Shown here one piece after another: positions 1 through 10,273 of a stretch of DNA of 64,000 bases. A model generated the notes under the pieces. It worked only from the letters and a program-made list of their open reading frames with translations, ran no database searches and was not told the DNA's origin. This stretch comes from Parcubacteria group bacterium (GTDB lineage Bacteria; Patescibacteriota; Minisyncoccia; Moranbacterales; UBA11712): positions 163,124 to 227,123 of the forward strand of contig JBAZYY010000001.1 of the NCBI GenBank assembly GCA_041659065.1. Direction: 5' to 3'. A program made the position numbers and the translations under genes. The first letter of the stretch is position 1, and every line of letters starts with the position of its first letter.

Positions 1-579
1 TGCTTGAAATTTTTTAGTTCATTTTTTAGATATTTAATTATCTTTTGAAATTCCTCGACATTTTGCGTGGTTTGAGAGAGTAAGATATATCTTTTGCTTT
101 TATCGAGTTTAAATTTCTTTAATTCTGCGAGATTTCGGACAATTTTGGCCTTTTTGTCCGTCCAAGCAAAAATACTTTTCACTTCCTTATGCTCTTTGTC
201 GCCAAAAATTATCACATTATCCCCTTTTTCAATGTGATTTTTTGCGAGCCGCTGGACTTTTATCACTTTAGGACATGTTGCATCGATTACATTGAGGCCC
301 GCGCGCTTCGCCAATTCGTAAATTTCCGGTCCTTCCCCATGCGCGGTGAATATTATAGAGCCACTTTTAATTTGGTTTAATTTTTTTACTTCTTCAATCC
401 CTCGCTCCTTAAGTTTTTTTACAACCTCGTTGTTATGTACTAATCTTCCCAAGACGTAAGACTTCTTGCCGTTCTTAGAATTTGTGAGCGCCAAATCATA
501 AGCTCGTTTCACGCCAAAACAAAAACCGCTGTGCCGCGCAACGGTGATTTTTAGTTTAGATTTTTTGGGACTTATCATG
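1..579 (-). CDS. ispH: 4-hydroxy-3-methylbut-2-enyl diphosphate reductase IspH/LytB, N-terminal part (3' end runs off the window)
   Basis: Minus-strand translation from the ATG at 577-579 gives MISPKKSKLKITVARHSGFCFGVKRAYDLA...NVIDATCPKVIKVQRL. GFCxGVxRA and DATCP are hallmark IspH motifs. There is no stop before the window edge, and the gene sits directly downstream of valS. Confidence 0.7.
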
Positions 580-2934
580 CTATTTTAAATGTTTTGCTCT
601 TCCGACATTTTTCAAAAACTCGCCGTATTTTTTCAGATTGACTTTCGTTTTGAGCTTAATCGAATCAATCTCGGCGCCGAGCGAGAGTCCGTTTTTCGTT
701 TTGTGCTTCCTGATTTCATCCACGGCTTTGATCGCGCTCGCGAAATCCGAAATATCCGGAGATTTTTTCAGTTTGATTTCTTCCGGCCATTTTGAGATGT
801 GGATACTCTTTAATTTCTCGAAATGCTTAAAATAGGTCTGGAAAATCTCTTCCGTCACAAATGGCATGATGGGGGCATATAGTTTCACAATATTGAAGAA
901 CACTGTCGCAATTGTTTTTTCGCCCACTTTTTTCGATTTTACGTCCTCGCCAAAGAAACGATATTTCACGAACTCAACATAATAGTCTGCAAATTTAGAC
1001 CAGAAAAATCCGTCGATTTCTTCTTTAGCTTTGGCATAGGCATAATTTTCAAAAGCTTTGGTCGTTTTCGCGATAGTTTTATTGAGTTCATCAATGATCC
1101 ACGCGTCCGCTGGCTCAATCGTATCCGTGGATTTAAGTAATTCCGCCTTTTTCACATTCATTCCTATGAATCGGGCGGCGTTCCAGAGCTTAGTTGTGGT
1201 CCTCTGGCCCATTTTTATCTCTTCTTCGGAATAGTTAATATCCTGGCCTAAGCTGCTTCCCGCTGACCAAAAACGCAAAGCATCCGAACCGTATTTTTCC
1301 AATATTTCTTGCGGAACAACTGCGTTTCCAAGGCTTTTGGACATTTTTTTGCCTTGAGGATCAAGCACGTGACCTGAAATCATCACATTTTTCCATGGAA
1401 TCTTGTCGAAGTGATAATAGGAGCGCACGACCGTATAAAAAAGCCAAGTTGAAATTATATCATGGGCTTGCGGGCGAAGATTCATCGGAGTCATTCTTTG
1501 CGAAGTTTTCTCATCAAAAAACAGTCGCAGAGCTAGCTGCGGCGAAAGAGAACTTGTCGCCCAGGTATCCATTACATCTTTTTCTGGAGTGAATTTAGAG
1601 TTTCCGCACTTCGCGCATTTACCTTTTGGTTTGTCTGTGAGCGGATCAACTGGCAAATCTTTTTCTTCCGCCATCTTTACTTCTCCGCATTTTTCGCAAT
1701 ACCAGATCGGGAAAGGAACACCAAAAAATCTTTGGCGCGAGATTGCCCAGTCCCATCCCAAATTATTAATCCAATTTTCATAGCGCGCCCGCATAAAAGG
1801 CGGATGCCATTTTATTTTTTTTCCAAGGTCGATAAATTTCTTCTTTTTATCGAGAATTTTGATATACCATTGCAGAGAATTCAGGATTTCGACTTCATTT
1901 TTGCATCTTTCATGAATATTGACCGAGTGACTGATTTTTTTCTGGCCAATAAGTAGTTTCTTTTTTTCTAGATCATTAATAATATTTTGGCGCGCTTCCT
2001 TTATTGATAGCCCAGCGTATTTTTTCGCCTGCTTTGTCATTTTTCCGTATTTTTCAAGTGAAATCACGAGGGGCAGTTTGTATTCTTTGAACCATTCAAC
2101 GTCGGTCTTGTCGCCAAAAGTGCAGCACATCACCGCACCGGTCCCCTTTTCCGGATCGACTTTCTTGTCCGCAAGTATTTCAACTTTATTGCCAAATATC
2201 GGCACCTGCGCATATTTACCGATCAATTTTTTATATCGCTTGTCATTCGGATGGACAAAAACCGCCACACAGCTCGAAAGAAGTTCAGGACGGGTCGTGG
2301 CAATAATCAAATCTTTTTTATCTTCCAGCTTGAAAATAATGTCATTGAAAAGAGTCTCCACTTCTTTGTCTTCGAGCTCGGCTTGCGCGATAGCGGTTTG
2401 ACAATGCGGACACCAGACCACCGGCGCTTCCTGGCGATAGGCGTGGCCCTTTTCAAAAAGATCGATGAAATATTTTTGACTTATCTTTCGAGAATGATCA
2501 TCAATTGTAGAATAAGTTTTTGAGAAATCACAGGACATTCCAAGATTTTTCCAGTCTTTGCTAAATTCCGGAACTATTTCTTGGATAGTCTTGATGCAAA
2601 GCTTTATAAATTCATTCCGATCCATACGATTTGCTCTCACATTGGCTTTTTTTTCCACGAAACGCTCGGATGGAAGGCCGTTGTCATCCGTCCCAAAGGG
2701 ATAGAAGACATTAAATCCTCGCATCCTGAAAAAACGAGCTATGAAATCTTCGTGCGAATAAGAATAAGCATGACCAATATGCATGCGTCCACTAATATTC
2801 GGCGGCGGGGTGTCCACGGAAAAAACATTCCCTTTGGCTTTAGGGTTAAATTTATATATTTTCTCTTTTTCCCAAAATTCCCGCCATTTCGGCTCAACTT
2901 CTTGGGGATTGTAACGCTTTGAAATTTCTTTCAT
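580..2934 (-). CDS. valS: valyl-tRNA synthetase (class I aaRS, short form without C-terminal coiled coil)
   Basis: 784 aa. Contains PPPNISGRMHIGHAYSY (HIGH), KMSKSLGNAV (KMSKS) and DVMDTWATSSLSP, which are ValS-like editing/catalytic core signatures. Confidence 0.72.
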   Translation of the reverse strand: MKEISKRYNPQEVEPKWREFWEKEKIYKFNPKAKGNVFSVDTPPPNISGRMHIGHAYSYSHEDFIARFFRMRGFNVFYPFGTDDNGLPSERFVEKKANVRANRMDRNEFIKLCIKTIQEIVPEFSKDWKNLGMSCDFSKTYSTIDDHSRKISQKYFIDLFEKGHAYRQEAPVVWCPHCQTAIAQAELEDKEVETLFNDIIFKLEDKKDLIIATTRPELLSSCVAVFVHPNDKRYKKLIGKYAQVPIFGNKVEILADKKVDPEKGTGAVMCCTFGDKTDVEWFKEYKLPLVISLEKYGKMTKQAKKYAGLSIKEARQNIINDLEKKKLLIGQKKISHSVNIHERCKNEVEILNSLQWYIKILDKKKKFIDLGKKIKWHPPFMRARYENWINNLGWDWAISRQRFFGVPFPIWYCEKCGEVKMAEEKDLPVDPLTDKPKGKCAKCGNSKFTPEKDVMDTWATSSLSPQLALRLFFDEKTSQRMTPMNLRPQAHDIISTWLFYTVVRSYYHFDKIPWKNVMISGHVLDPQGKKMSKSLGNAVVPQEILEKYGSDALRFWSAGSSLGQDINYSEEEIKMGQRTTTKLWNAARFIGMNVKKAELLKSTDTIEPADAWIIDELNKTIAKTTKAFENYAYAKAKEEIDGFFWSKFADYYVEFVKYRFFGEDVKSKKVGEKTIATVFFNIVKLYAPIMPFVTEEIFQTYFKHFEKLKSIHISKWPEEIKLKKSPDISDFASAIKAVDEIRKHKTKNGLSLGAEIDSIKLKTKVNLKKYGEFLKNVGRAKHLK

Positions 2935-2988
2935 AAGTATATTGAAGCGTTTTGAAAATCATTCAGTATTCTAGAATACTGAATGATT

Positions 2989-4986
2989 TTATTTTCTCAC
3001 CTTCACCCCTAACTTCTTCTCAAGCGCATGGATAATTTTATTCACTACGGTATCAATTTCGCTTGAGGTCAGCGTTTTACCATTAGATCCTATTTCTATA
3101 CGAATAGCCAAACTATCTTTATATTTATCAAACAGAGTTATATTTTTTATGAGTTCTCCGCCAGTTTTTTTAATTTCTTTTGTGATATCCGCGTATTTAG
3201 TATTTTCATCCACAAACATTGAGATGTCCCGATTCACGGTTGGAAATTTGCTGATTGGATGGTAACTTTTTTCAAAAGCATCGCTTGTTTTCATAACTTC
3301 TACGACATCTAGCTCGAAACATACAAGCCGATCTTTTAAGTCATACTTTCGAAGTATATTAGGATTTAATTCAGCTATATAGCCAACTACTGTATTTTTT
3401 AATTTTATAACTGCTGTCCGCGTTGGATGAACAAAATTTCCCGCAACTTTCGGCTGTGCGAATTCAACGTCTGGCAAATTGAGGCATCGAAAAAGTTCTT
3501 CAAGTTTTCCCTTGAGATCGTAATATGGATTATTTTTTTGATTGCGATTCATCAAAGCGCCAGCCAATTTCGTTTTTTCCCCTTTTTTAGCGGAAAAAAT
3601 GTCGCCTATTTCAAATATGGAAAAATCATTGAAATATTTCAAGTTAAGCGTCGCATTCCGGACAATTCCCGGAATGAGCGTGGTTCTCAAATATTGCTGG
3701 TCCAGACTCAAAGGATTTGATACTTCAATATGATCCGACTCATCTAAATTAAAGCTGGCTACTTCATCTTTTCCGTAAAAAGAATAATTCATCACCTCTG
3801 AAAATCCAAGTCCCGTTAAAATATTCTTAAGCTTATTTTCAAAAATCCTTTTTTCGTTTCGTGGCGGAGTTTTGAGTTCAACGCAAAGTGCTTGCTCCTT
3901 AATATTTTCATATCCATAAATACGGCCGATTTCCTCGATGAGATCTTCCTGAGTCTTAAGATCGATTCGGCGGGTTGGAGTTTCGCAGTTCAGAAATTTT
4001 CCAGATACTTTTACGATTAAACCCAGATTTTCCAAAATACTTTTCATTTTTGAAACCGGAATATTTTCGCCAAGCAGATTATTTACGTAATTTGTGTTCA
4101 AATTTATTTTCCACGGGCGTATTATTTTCGCATAAACATCAGTTAATGCGATCACCTCGACATTTTTGCCACCTAATTTCTTTATCAATTCAATCGCGCG
4201 CACAACTCCGATTTCTGCCAGATTCGGGTCAATTTCGCGTTCAAAGCGGTGCGAAGATTCAGTGTTGATGTTGTGGCGCATTCTTGTTTTTCGGATACTC
4301 GGAGCGTCGAAATTGGCCGATTCAAGGATTATCGAAGCAGTCTTATTATTAATGGCCGAGCCAATGCCGCCCATCACGCCAGCCAGTGCTAGGGCTTTTT
4401 CCGAGTCAGCAATTACTAAATCATTTGCAGTGAGTTTATAAACTTTTTCATCTAATAACTTTATTTCTTCATTCTTTTTGGCTTTCCTGACTATGATATT
4501 TCCCGCAGTTCTTTCTAAATCGAAAGCGTGTAGTGGTTGCCCGGTTTCCAGCATCACATAATTTGTAATATCAACAATGTTATTAATTGGCTTAACTCCA
4601 CTAGCCAGCAGCCGCTGCTGCATCCATTTTGGCGAAGCACCGACTTTTATATTTTCCAAAGCCGTTCCAATATATCGCGGGCAAAGATGCCTTTCGTTTA
4701 CTTTAATATTTAACTTCTGACTAAAGCTTAGCTTTAGTCGCTGGCTATAATCTAGTTCTGGAGATAACTTCCGACCTTCAATCGCGCAGATTTCCCTTGC
4801 CATCCCGATATGCGAAAGGGCATCGTGTCCTCGATTTGGCAATATCGCAAATTCAAGTTGAGTTTCGGTCCCTTCTTTTTTACTATCTTCAAACTCAAAA
4901 GCACGCATGCTAATTAGCTGCGCCAGCTGTTCTGGCGTTTTTTTTGTTTTAGATAGCTCTTTTAACCAATTGTAGCTATATTTCAT
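2989..4986 (-). CDS. pheT: phenylalanine--tRNA ligase beta subunit
   Basis: 665 aa starting MKYSYNWLKEL (typical PheT N-terminus), with a B3/4 and B5 domain-like middle and a C-terminal anticodon-binding-like region. It lies upstream of valS and downstream of pheS. Confidence 0.85.
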   Translation of the reverse strand: MKYSYNWLKELSKTKKTPEQLAQLISMRAFEFEDSKKEGTETQLEFAILPNRGHDALSHIGMAREICAIEGRKLSPELDYSQRLKLSFSQKLNIKVNERHLCPRYIGTALENIKVGASPKWMQQRLLASGVKPINNIVDITNYVMLETGQPLHAFDLERTAGNIIVRKAKKNEEIKLLDEKVYKLTANDLVIADSEKALALAGVMGGIGSAINNKTASIILESANFDAPSIRKTRMRHNINTESSHRFEREIDPNLAEIGVVRAIELIKKLGGKNVEVIALTDVYAKIIRPWKINLNTNYVNNLLGENIPVSKMKSILENLGLIVKVSGKFLNCETPTRRIDLKTQEDLIEEIGRIYGYENIKEQALCVELKTPPRNEKRIFENKLKNILTGLGFSEVMNYSFYGKDEVASFNLDESDHIEVSNPLSLDQQYLRTTLIPGIVRNATLNLKYFNDFSIFEIGDIFSAKKGEKTKLAGALMNRNQKNNPYYDLKGKLEELFRCLNLPDVEFAQPKVAGNFVHPTRTAVIKLKNTVVGYIAELNPNILRKYDLKDRLVCFELDVVEVMKTSDAFEKSYHPISKFPTVNRDISMFVDENTKYADITKEIKKTGGELIKNITLFDKYKDSLAIRIEIGSNGKTLTSSEIDTVVNKIIHALEKKLGVKVRK

Positions 4987-5085
4987 ATTGTTTTACGAAA
5001 TACGAATTTAACGAAACTACGAAACAGTATTCACATAACCAGAAAATTTTCGCATTTCGCTTGATTCGTAATTCGTAAAGATTAT

Positions 5086-6225
5086 CTAGAATTGCTTTAT
5101 AAACCTCAAATCTCCGCTCTCAAACCAACGAATGTCATCTATTTTATATTTCATCATCGCAAGCCTCTCGATCCCAAATCCCCAAGCAAATCCTTGAAAT
5201 TTATTTCTCGGGTACCCAGCGGACATAAAAACATTTTGATTGACCATTCCTGCCCCGCCTATCTCAAGCCATTTCCCATATCTGCACGAGGGACAGCCTT
5301 TTCCGGAACAAACCGTGCAGCTGATGTCGAATTCAAAGCTCGGCTCAGTAAAAGGAAAAAAGCTGGGTCTCAACCTGATATCAACGTCTTTTCCAAAAAA
5401 AGCGCTAAAAAACTCTTTGGCTATATGCTTGAAGTGGCCGATGTTGATATCTTTTCCCGTCACAAGAGCTTCAAATTGATGCAGTGTGTGCTCATGCGTC
5501 GCGTCCGTGGCTTCGTTTCGAAAGACTCTTCCCGGTACGATTACTCGAAAAGGCGGCTTATGCTTTTCCATATATCTCACCTGAACTGGCGATGTGTGAG
5601 TTCTGAGTACTAATTTCTCCTTATCCGACTTTACCCCTGCGCCAATCCCGCCGCCGTTTCTCCTCAAATTATTTTCAGATAGCGAAGCGGCTTCGCCTTC
5701 AGAGGGTATCTTCATTTGCATTTTATGGTTTGGATTGGTGATGGGGTGAATCCAAAAAGTATCTTGCATATCCCGCGCCGGGTGATCAGGCGGAAAGTTC
5801 AAAGCGGTAAAATTATACCAGTCAGTTTCCAGTTCCGGACCGCTTGTAATCTCAAAACCCATTGAAGAAAATATTTGCTCAATTTCCCTGTACACTATCG
5901 TGATAGAATTGAGACTTCCCAGCTCATTTTTTTCACCCGGGAGTGTGACATCAATTTTTTCTTTTTCCCAATCAATCTGGTTTTCAAGTTCTTTTTTGCG
6001 CTTATCAAGCCCATTGTCGATTAGTTGTCTCGCGCCATTTGCGAGCGGTCCTATTGATTTTCGCTCTTCGGAGTCAAGATCTCTTAATTTCTTCAGTATT
6101 TCCGTAAGCCTCCCTTTTCTTCCAAGATATTTGACTTTGACATCATAAAGCTGTTTCGCATCCTGTGATTCGGCGATTTCTTTCGCGCTTTCCGCTTCAA
6201 TTTGCTTAATATCAGCTTTATTCAT
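5086..6225 (-). CDS. pheS: phenylalanine--tRNA ligase alpha subunit
   Basis: 379 aa. Class II motifs are present: FRVIVPGRVFRNEATDATH, LRTHTSPVQVRYM and GFAWGFGIERLAMM. A ~35-aa insertion (IHPITNPNHKMQMKIPSEGEAASLSENNLRRNGGGIGAGVKSDKEK) sits between motifs 1 and 2. Confidence 0.85.
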   Translation of the reverse strand: MNKADIKQIEAESAKEIAESQDAKQLYDVKVKYLGRKGRLTEILKKLRDLDSEERKSIGPLANGARQLIDNGLDKRKKELENQIDWEKEKIDVTLPGEKNELGSLNSITIVYREIEQIFSSMGFEITSGPELETDWYNFTALNFPPDHPARDMQDTFWIHPITNPNHKMQMKIPSEGEAASLSENNLRRNGGGIGAGVKSDKEKLVLRTHTSPVQVRYMEKHKPPFRVIVPGRVFRNEATDATHEHTLHQFEALVTGKDINIGHFKHIAKEFFSAFFGKDVDIRLRPSFFPFTEPSFEFDISCTVCSGKGCPSCRYGKWLEIGGAGMVNQNVFMSAGYPRNKFQGFAWGFGIERLAMMKYKIDDIRWFESGDLRFIKQF

Positions 6226-6279
6226 ACCTTAAATTTATCTCAAAAAGGATAAAAAGTCCAATCGGCAGCCTGTCTGCCA

Positions 6280-7386
6280 TTAACGGATAAACGACGCCTT
6301 TCTTGACGTTTCCAGACATTTTTCGAGTTCTTTTTTGTTTAATATTTTACGCTCGTACAGGGCCCGGTACTCCCGAGCAAGTCCGGTGCGGCCGAGATAT
6401 GGCGCGTCAGTGTTGATCGTAAATTTTACTTCGTTTTTCAGAAAGGTCCGCAGGATCCAGTGCATTTCTTCCCAGCTTGCTACCGAACCGGTCATGACAT
6501 TGATAGTTGGACAAATTTCAAGCACGACATCATGTTTTTTTAACAGGTCCATTGCGTTTTTATCATAGGCCGTTCTTATGCCGTGACCAATCCTATCCGG
6601 TTTTATGGCTTCGACAACGCGCATTACTCTTTCTACGCTTGAGTCCTTGGTCTCGCCGGTATGGACCGTAATTCCCAATCCCTTTTCGCGAGCCAAAGAA
6701 AATAGCGCGACATATTTATTAAAATATGTCCCTTCCTCAAAATTCAAGTGGCTCGGATCAGCTATCTTGACTCCGACGTTTTTTCTGAAGTGCTGGCGAT
6801 AAGTCGCGTAATCCTTCTCTTTTCTAAAGGTAAATGCCTCCGGACCCGCGATATCTACGCCCACTACGCCTCTTTTTCTGTACGCAATGGCTTTTTTGAC
6901 AATGACTTCGTTATGCTTGAAAGACAAACGGCGATCAAGGCAAAAAATCAGGCCGGCCCTCACGCCATAATCAAACATTGCGCGCTCCATTCCATGGATA
7001 GCTGAATTAATAATGTGATCCATGTCGAGCTCTGACCCGCGGGTACGAAACATGGGGTTGAAACGGAGCTCGATTGTCGAAACATTAGCGGACCTATATT
7101 CTTTTGAAATCACGTTATATATCCCGCTTTCGATAGCCTTGGGGCTGCTTTGAATCCGGTCAGTCCATTCATAAACATTCAGGAGATCCTCAAAACTATC
7201 GATATCCCGGAGAAAGTTGCAGAAACTCCAGTAATCTCGCGCCGGAGGCTTAATGCCTTGTGATTGGGCAATTTCCCAAAGGATATGCGGACTCATTGCG
7301 CCGCCAACATGAATATGAAGATCGACTAGGTCTTCGCGGAGAATATTTTTGGAATATTTATCGAGTTGTCCTTTTGCGGGAGTCAT
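6280..7386 (-). CDS. adenosine/adenine deaminase family metallo-hydrolase
   Basis: 368 aa. Contains LHIHVGGA (HxH metal site), VHTGE, RIGHG and TINTDAP, matching the ADA-family HxHxDG / HAGE / SLNTDDP pattern. Confidence 0.7.
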   Translation of the reverse strand: MTPAKGQLDKYSKNILREDLVDLHIHVGGAMSPHILWEIAQSQGIKPPARDYWSFCNFLRDIDSFEDLLNVYEWTDRIQSSPKAIESGIYNVISKEYRSANVSTIELRFNPMFRTRGSELDMDHIINSAIHGMERAMFDYGVRAGLIFCLDRRLSFKHNEVIVKKAIAYRKRGVVGVDIAGPEAFTFRKEKDYATYRQHFRKNVGVKIADPSHLNFEEGTYFNKYVALFSLAREKGLGITVHTGETKDSSVERVMRVVEAIKPDRIGHGIRTAYDKNAMDLLKKHDVVLEICPTINVMTGSVASWEEMHWILRTFLKNEVKFTINTDAPYLGRTGLAREYRALYERKILNKKELEKCLETSRKASFIR

Positions 7387-7446
7387 AAAAAAAAGTATAA
7401 ATTAAAACACCCTGACGAAGGGAATTAATGGAAACAAGAATATATA

Positions 7447-9918
7447 CTAATCTAATACATCTCGGATGTTAAGCGCAAGCCGGCTGCCTTTTTGGATTTC
7501 ACCGCTGATTATTTTTTTCACTATCCTATCTCCGATCCGGTCTTGAATAAACCGGTCAATTGATCTCGCGCCGAATTTTTTATCATAGCCTTTTTCCACG
7601 ATAAATTTAGGGAATTCCGGATTGAAAATGACGTCGATATTCTCAACATTTTTCAGATTTTCAGCATATTTAATCAGCAGATGCTTCGCAACTTCAATAA
7701 TCTCAGCCTGCGTGAGCGGCGAAAAAAATATTACTCCTTCAAAGCGATTCAGAAATTCCGGCTTGAATATCCCTTTTTCTATGACATAATTTATAACTTC
7801 TTCCCTGACTTTGTCCGGTTCGGTATCTTTTTCAATCGCAGCCTTAATAATATCCGAAGCCGCGTTAGAGGTGGCTATTATTATTTCATTTTTAAAACTG
7901 ATTTTTTTCCCGAAAGCATCGGTCAACCATCCTTCGTCAAGAACCTGTAAAAATAAACTGAGAATATCCGGGTGAGCCTTTTCAACCTCATCGAGGAGAA
8001 GAAGAGAATAGGGATTTTCCTTCACTTTGTTGGTTAGTTGGCCCGAAAATCCCGATTCCGGAGATCCCAAGAGGCGGTTGATCGATTCTTGCCTTTGAAA
8101 TTCACTCATATCTAGCCGGATCATCCTTTTTTCATCGCCAAAATATGCCTCCGCGAGAGCTTTGGCGGATTCGGTTTTTCCCACCCCGGTAGGACCCAGA
8201 AAGAGAAAGCTTCCCAGTGGTTTATTGGCGTTTGCCATGCCGGTCCGCGCCCTCCGGATAGTTTCCGCAATTTGCTTGATCGCGAATTCTTGGCCGATAA
8301 CTCTTTGGTGAAGAACTTTTTCCATGTCAATCAGTCTGTCTTTTTCACCTTCGGTTATCTCGCCAACTGGGATTTTATATTTTTTCGAAACAACTTCATC
8401 CACCGTTTCCGGAAGAATGTACTTTTCATTTGAAATATGGCTCCAATAAAGAAGGACTTCCTCCAAAAGGTCAAGCGCTTTTTCAGGAAAAGGCGAATCG
8501 CTGATATATTTTTCACAGGATCTCACAATTTCTCTGAGAGCTTGATAGGTGAATATTACTCCGTCTTTTTCGAGCTCTTCTAGCTTTCTAAAGAGCACGT
8601 CTAGAGTTTCTTTCGCGCTCATTTCTTCAATCTGTACTTTTTCGAAATATTTAAGCACCTGCTCATGGCTTTCAATGTCCCCGTGGTAATTTTCCGGCGT
8701 AGAAAGTCCTATAATTTGAAAGTTAGGGTAAGCTAGAAATTCAGACAGCACTGCGGATATATTTTCTCCGGCATTTTTGGGATCTTTCTTGAGATAGCGA
8801 TCTATATTTTCAATAACCAGGATAATATTTCCGGCATAAGTCGCTTCAAAAAAAACTTTTCTGAGGATTTGTTCGATTTCCTGTTGGTGCGTGACGCCGG
8901 ATACAACCTCCCCGATATTAAGCACCAGCACTCTCTTTGTGCCGACCGCTGAATATATGCGATGTTCCCTGATCCTTTTGGCCAGATGATGAGCTAGCGA
9001 CATTTTTCCCGTCCCGGCTTCTCCAATCAACAAAATACTGTTCTGTGACGGCCTTGTCAGGATTAATTCCAGCATCTCAATATCCTGATACCTGCCTTTC
9101 TCATCATCATCCTTATAATCAGTAAAGTCTCCTTTGGACAAATCAGAAGAATACTTATCCAAATTTACTGTGTATGCGAATGTCCAGTCTGCCCCGATTG
9201 GGCGTTTGGCAAATAAATTTTCCCTTGACCAAAATCTTTTTTTAAGCAGCCTTTTGTTTTCCCGCTCCGACTCCCACGCTATTATTTTTTGAAATTCTTC
9301 AGCAGTAACTTCGTAACGTTTAAGATTATCGGACGTTGGGCCGGTCTTTTCAATAAAAAGAATGCCGGGATCGTCTTTTTCAACTCCAATCCTGTTCCAG
9401 ACTCTCTTGAACCATTCCTTTTTTAGATACTGCTTGAAGCTATCCGCGCCTTCGTCTTCCTTTGAATGGAAAAAAGCTTTTATGGAGATAATAAAAAGAA
9501 TGGCCGAAACTGCCAAAAAAACTCCGGCCGTAGCCGACAAGTACAGCGTCTTTGAGTAATAGGCCACGGCCAAAACAATACTTACAATCAAGACAAATGG
9601 GAGCAGCAACCATATAACAAGAATAATTACTCCAAAAACTAAAACTAGAAGCACTGCAATCAATCCAAAAATTGCCGTGAAAAGCCTCACAATTGCTCCC
9701 AGAAAACGCGTAATGAGATTTTCAAAAGCCGATTGGAGAAAAAGTATCGGATGTAATCCCCGCTCACCCACTCTCGAAATATCCCTTTTCCATGGCGAAA
9801 AAAGAGTCAGAAGCATTCTTGAAACGCCAAAATACCACCAAAAAAATGCCAGATAGTTCCTCCAGATTTCAAAAAATTTTTTCGTACCCTTCGAATAGTG
9901 CCAAAAAAAGAAATTCAT
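7447..9918 (-). CDS. membrane-anchored ClpA/ClpB-family AAA+ ATPase (N-terminal polytopic TM domain, degenerate D1, canonical D2)
   Basis: 823 aa. The first ~150 aa are strongly hydrophobic with several predicted TM helices. D1 has LLIGEAGTGKMSLAHHLAKRI, an atypical Walker A. D2 has LFLGPTGVGKTESAKALAEAYF and LLLLDEVEKAHPDILSLFLQVLDEG plus a ClpB D2-small-like C-terminus. Confidence 0.7.
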   Translation of the reverse strand: MNFFFWHYSKGTKKFFEIWRNYLAFFWWYFGVSRMLLTLFSPWKRDISRVGERGLHPILFLQSAFENLITRFLGAIVRLFTAIFGLIAVLLVLVFGVIILVIWLLLPFVLIVSIVLAVAYYSKTLYLSATAGVFLAVSAILFIISIKAFFHSKEDEGADSFKQYLKKEWFKRVWNRIGVEKDDPGILFIEKTGPTSDNLKRYEVTAEEFQKIIAWESERENKRLLKKRFWSRENLFAKRPIGADWTFAYTVNLDKYSSDLSKGDFTDYKDDDEKGRYQDIEMLELILTRPSQNSILLIGEAGTGKMSLAHHLAKRIREHRIYSAVGTKRVLVLNIGEVVSGVTHQQEIEQILRKVFFEATYAGNIILVIENIDRYLKKDPKNAGENISAVLSEFLAYPNFQIIGLSTPENYHGDIESHEQVLKYFEKVQIEEMSAKETLDVLFRKLEELEKDGVIFTYQALREIVRSCEKYISDSPFPEKALDLLEEVLLYWSHISNEKYILPETVDEVVSKKYKIPVGEITEGEKDRLIDMEKVLHQRVIGQEFAIKQIAETIRRARTGMANANKPLGSFLFLGPTGVGKTESAKALAEAYFGDEKRMIRLDMSEFQRQESINRLLGSPESGFSGQLTNKVKENPYSLLLLDEVEKAHPDILSLFLQVLDEGWLTDAFGKKISFKNEIIIATSNAASDIIKAAIEKDTEPDKVREEVINYVIEKGIFKPEFLNRFEGVIFFSPLTQAEIIEVAKHLLIKYAENLKNVENIDVIFNPEFPKFIVEKGYDKKFGARSIDRFIQDRIGDRIVKKIISGEIQKGSRLALNIRDVLD

Positions 9919-10000
9919 TTTGTTTTTGCGTTCGTGCTTTTATATTAGCATAATCCAGCTAAACATAAAAACCGCATCTTAGGAAGCTGTTTTATTTTGA
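9900..10000. repeat. left copy of a diverged ~100-bp direct repeat bounding the accessory island (includes the first codons and upstream region of the ClpB-like gene)
   Basis: gccaaaaaaagaaattcattttgtttttgcg...ttagcataa...gctgtttt is repeated, with indels, at 18975-19080. Confidence 0.55.
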
Positions 10001-10169
10001 AAATTTTCTATTTCCCAACATCCGATGCTGAGAAGCGGCTAATTTTTACTTATAAATGGCTTCCAACTTTTTCGTCTGCTCCGAAAGCGCATCAAGTTTA
10101 GCGAATATTGATTTTTGCTTTGATACGGGTTTTCCTAGTATTGAATATTGGGAGGGGTTAATTACCCTG

Positions 10170-10218
10170 ATTCCTAAAGTTCGAAATTAGGATTGGTTTT
10201 CCTAACATTAAATGTTAG
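10170..10218. repeat. hairpin repeat pair (H1-like ttcctaaagttcgaaattagga plus H2 cctaacattaaatgttag)
   Basis: Inverted repeats are visible directly. Both families recur at eight intergenic sites in 10.1-14.1 kb. Confidence 0.6.
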
Positions 10219-10273
10219 AAACGGTTAGAGGGGCCAGAGGTGAATGCCCAAAAATCAAAACTCCTTTTATGGT

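Noticed and set aside
189-380. 63-aa plus-strand ORF
   Set aside because: Antisense to the clearly conserved ispH reading frame on the minus strand. No start context.
5092-5613. 173-aa plus-strand ORF and neighbours (5240..5479, 5900..6148)
   Set aside because: Antisense to pheS, which has unmistakable class II motifs. Composition artefact of an AT-rich genome.
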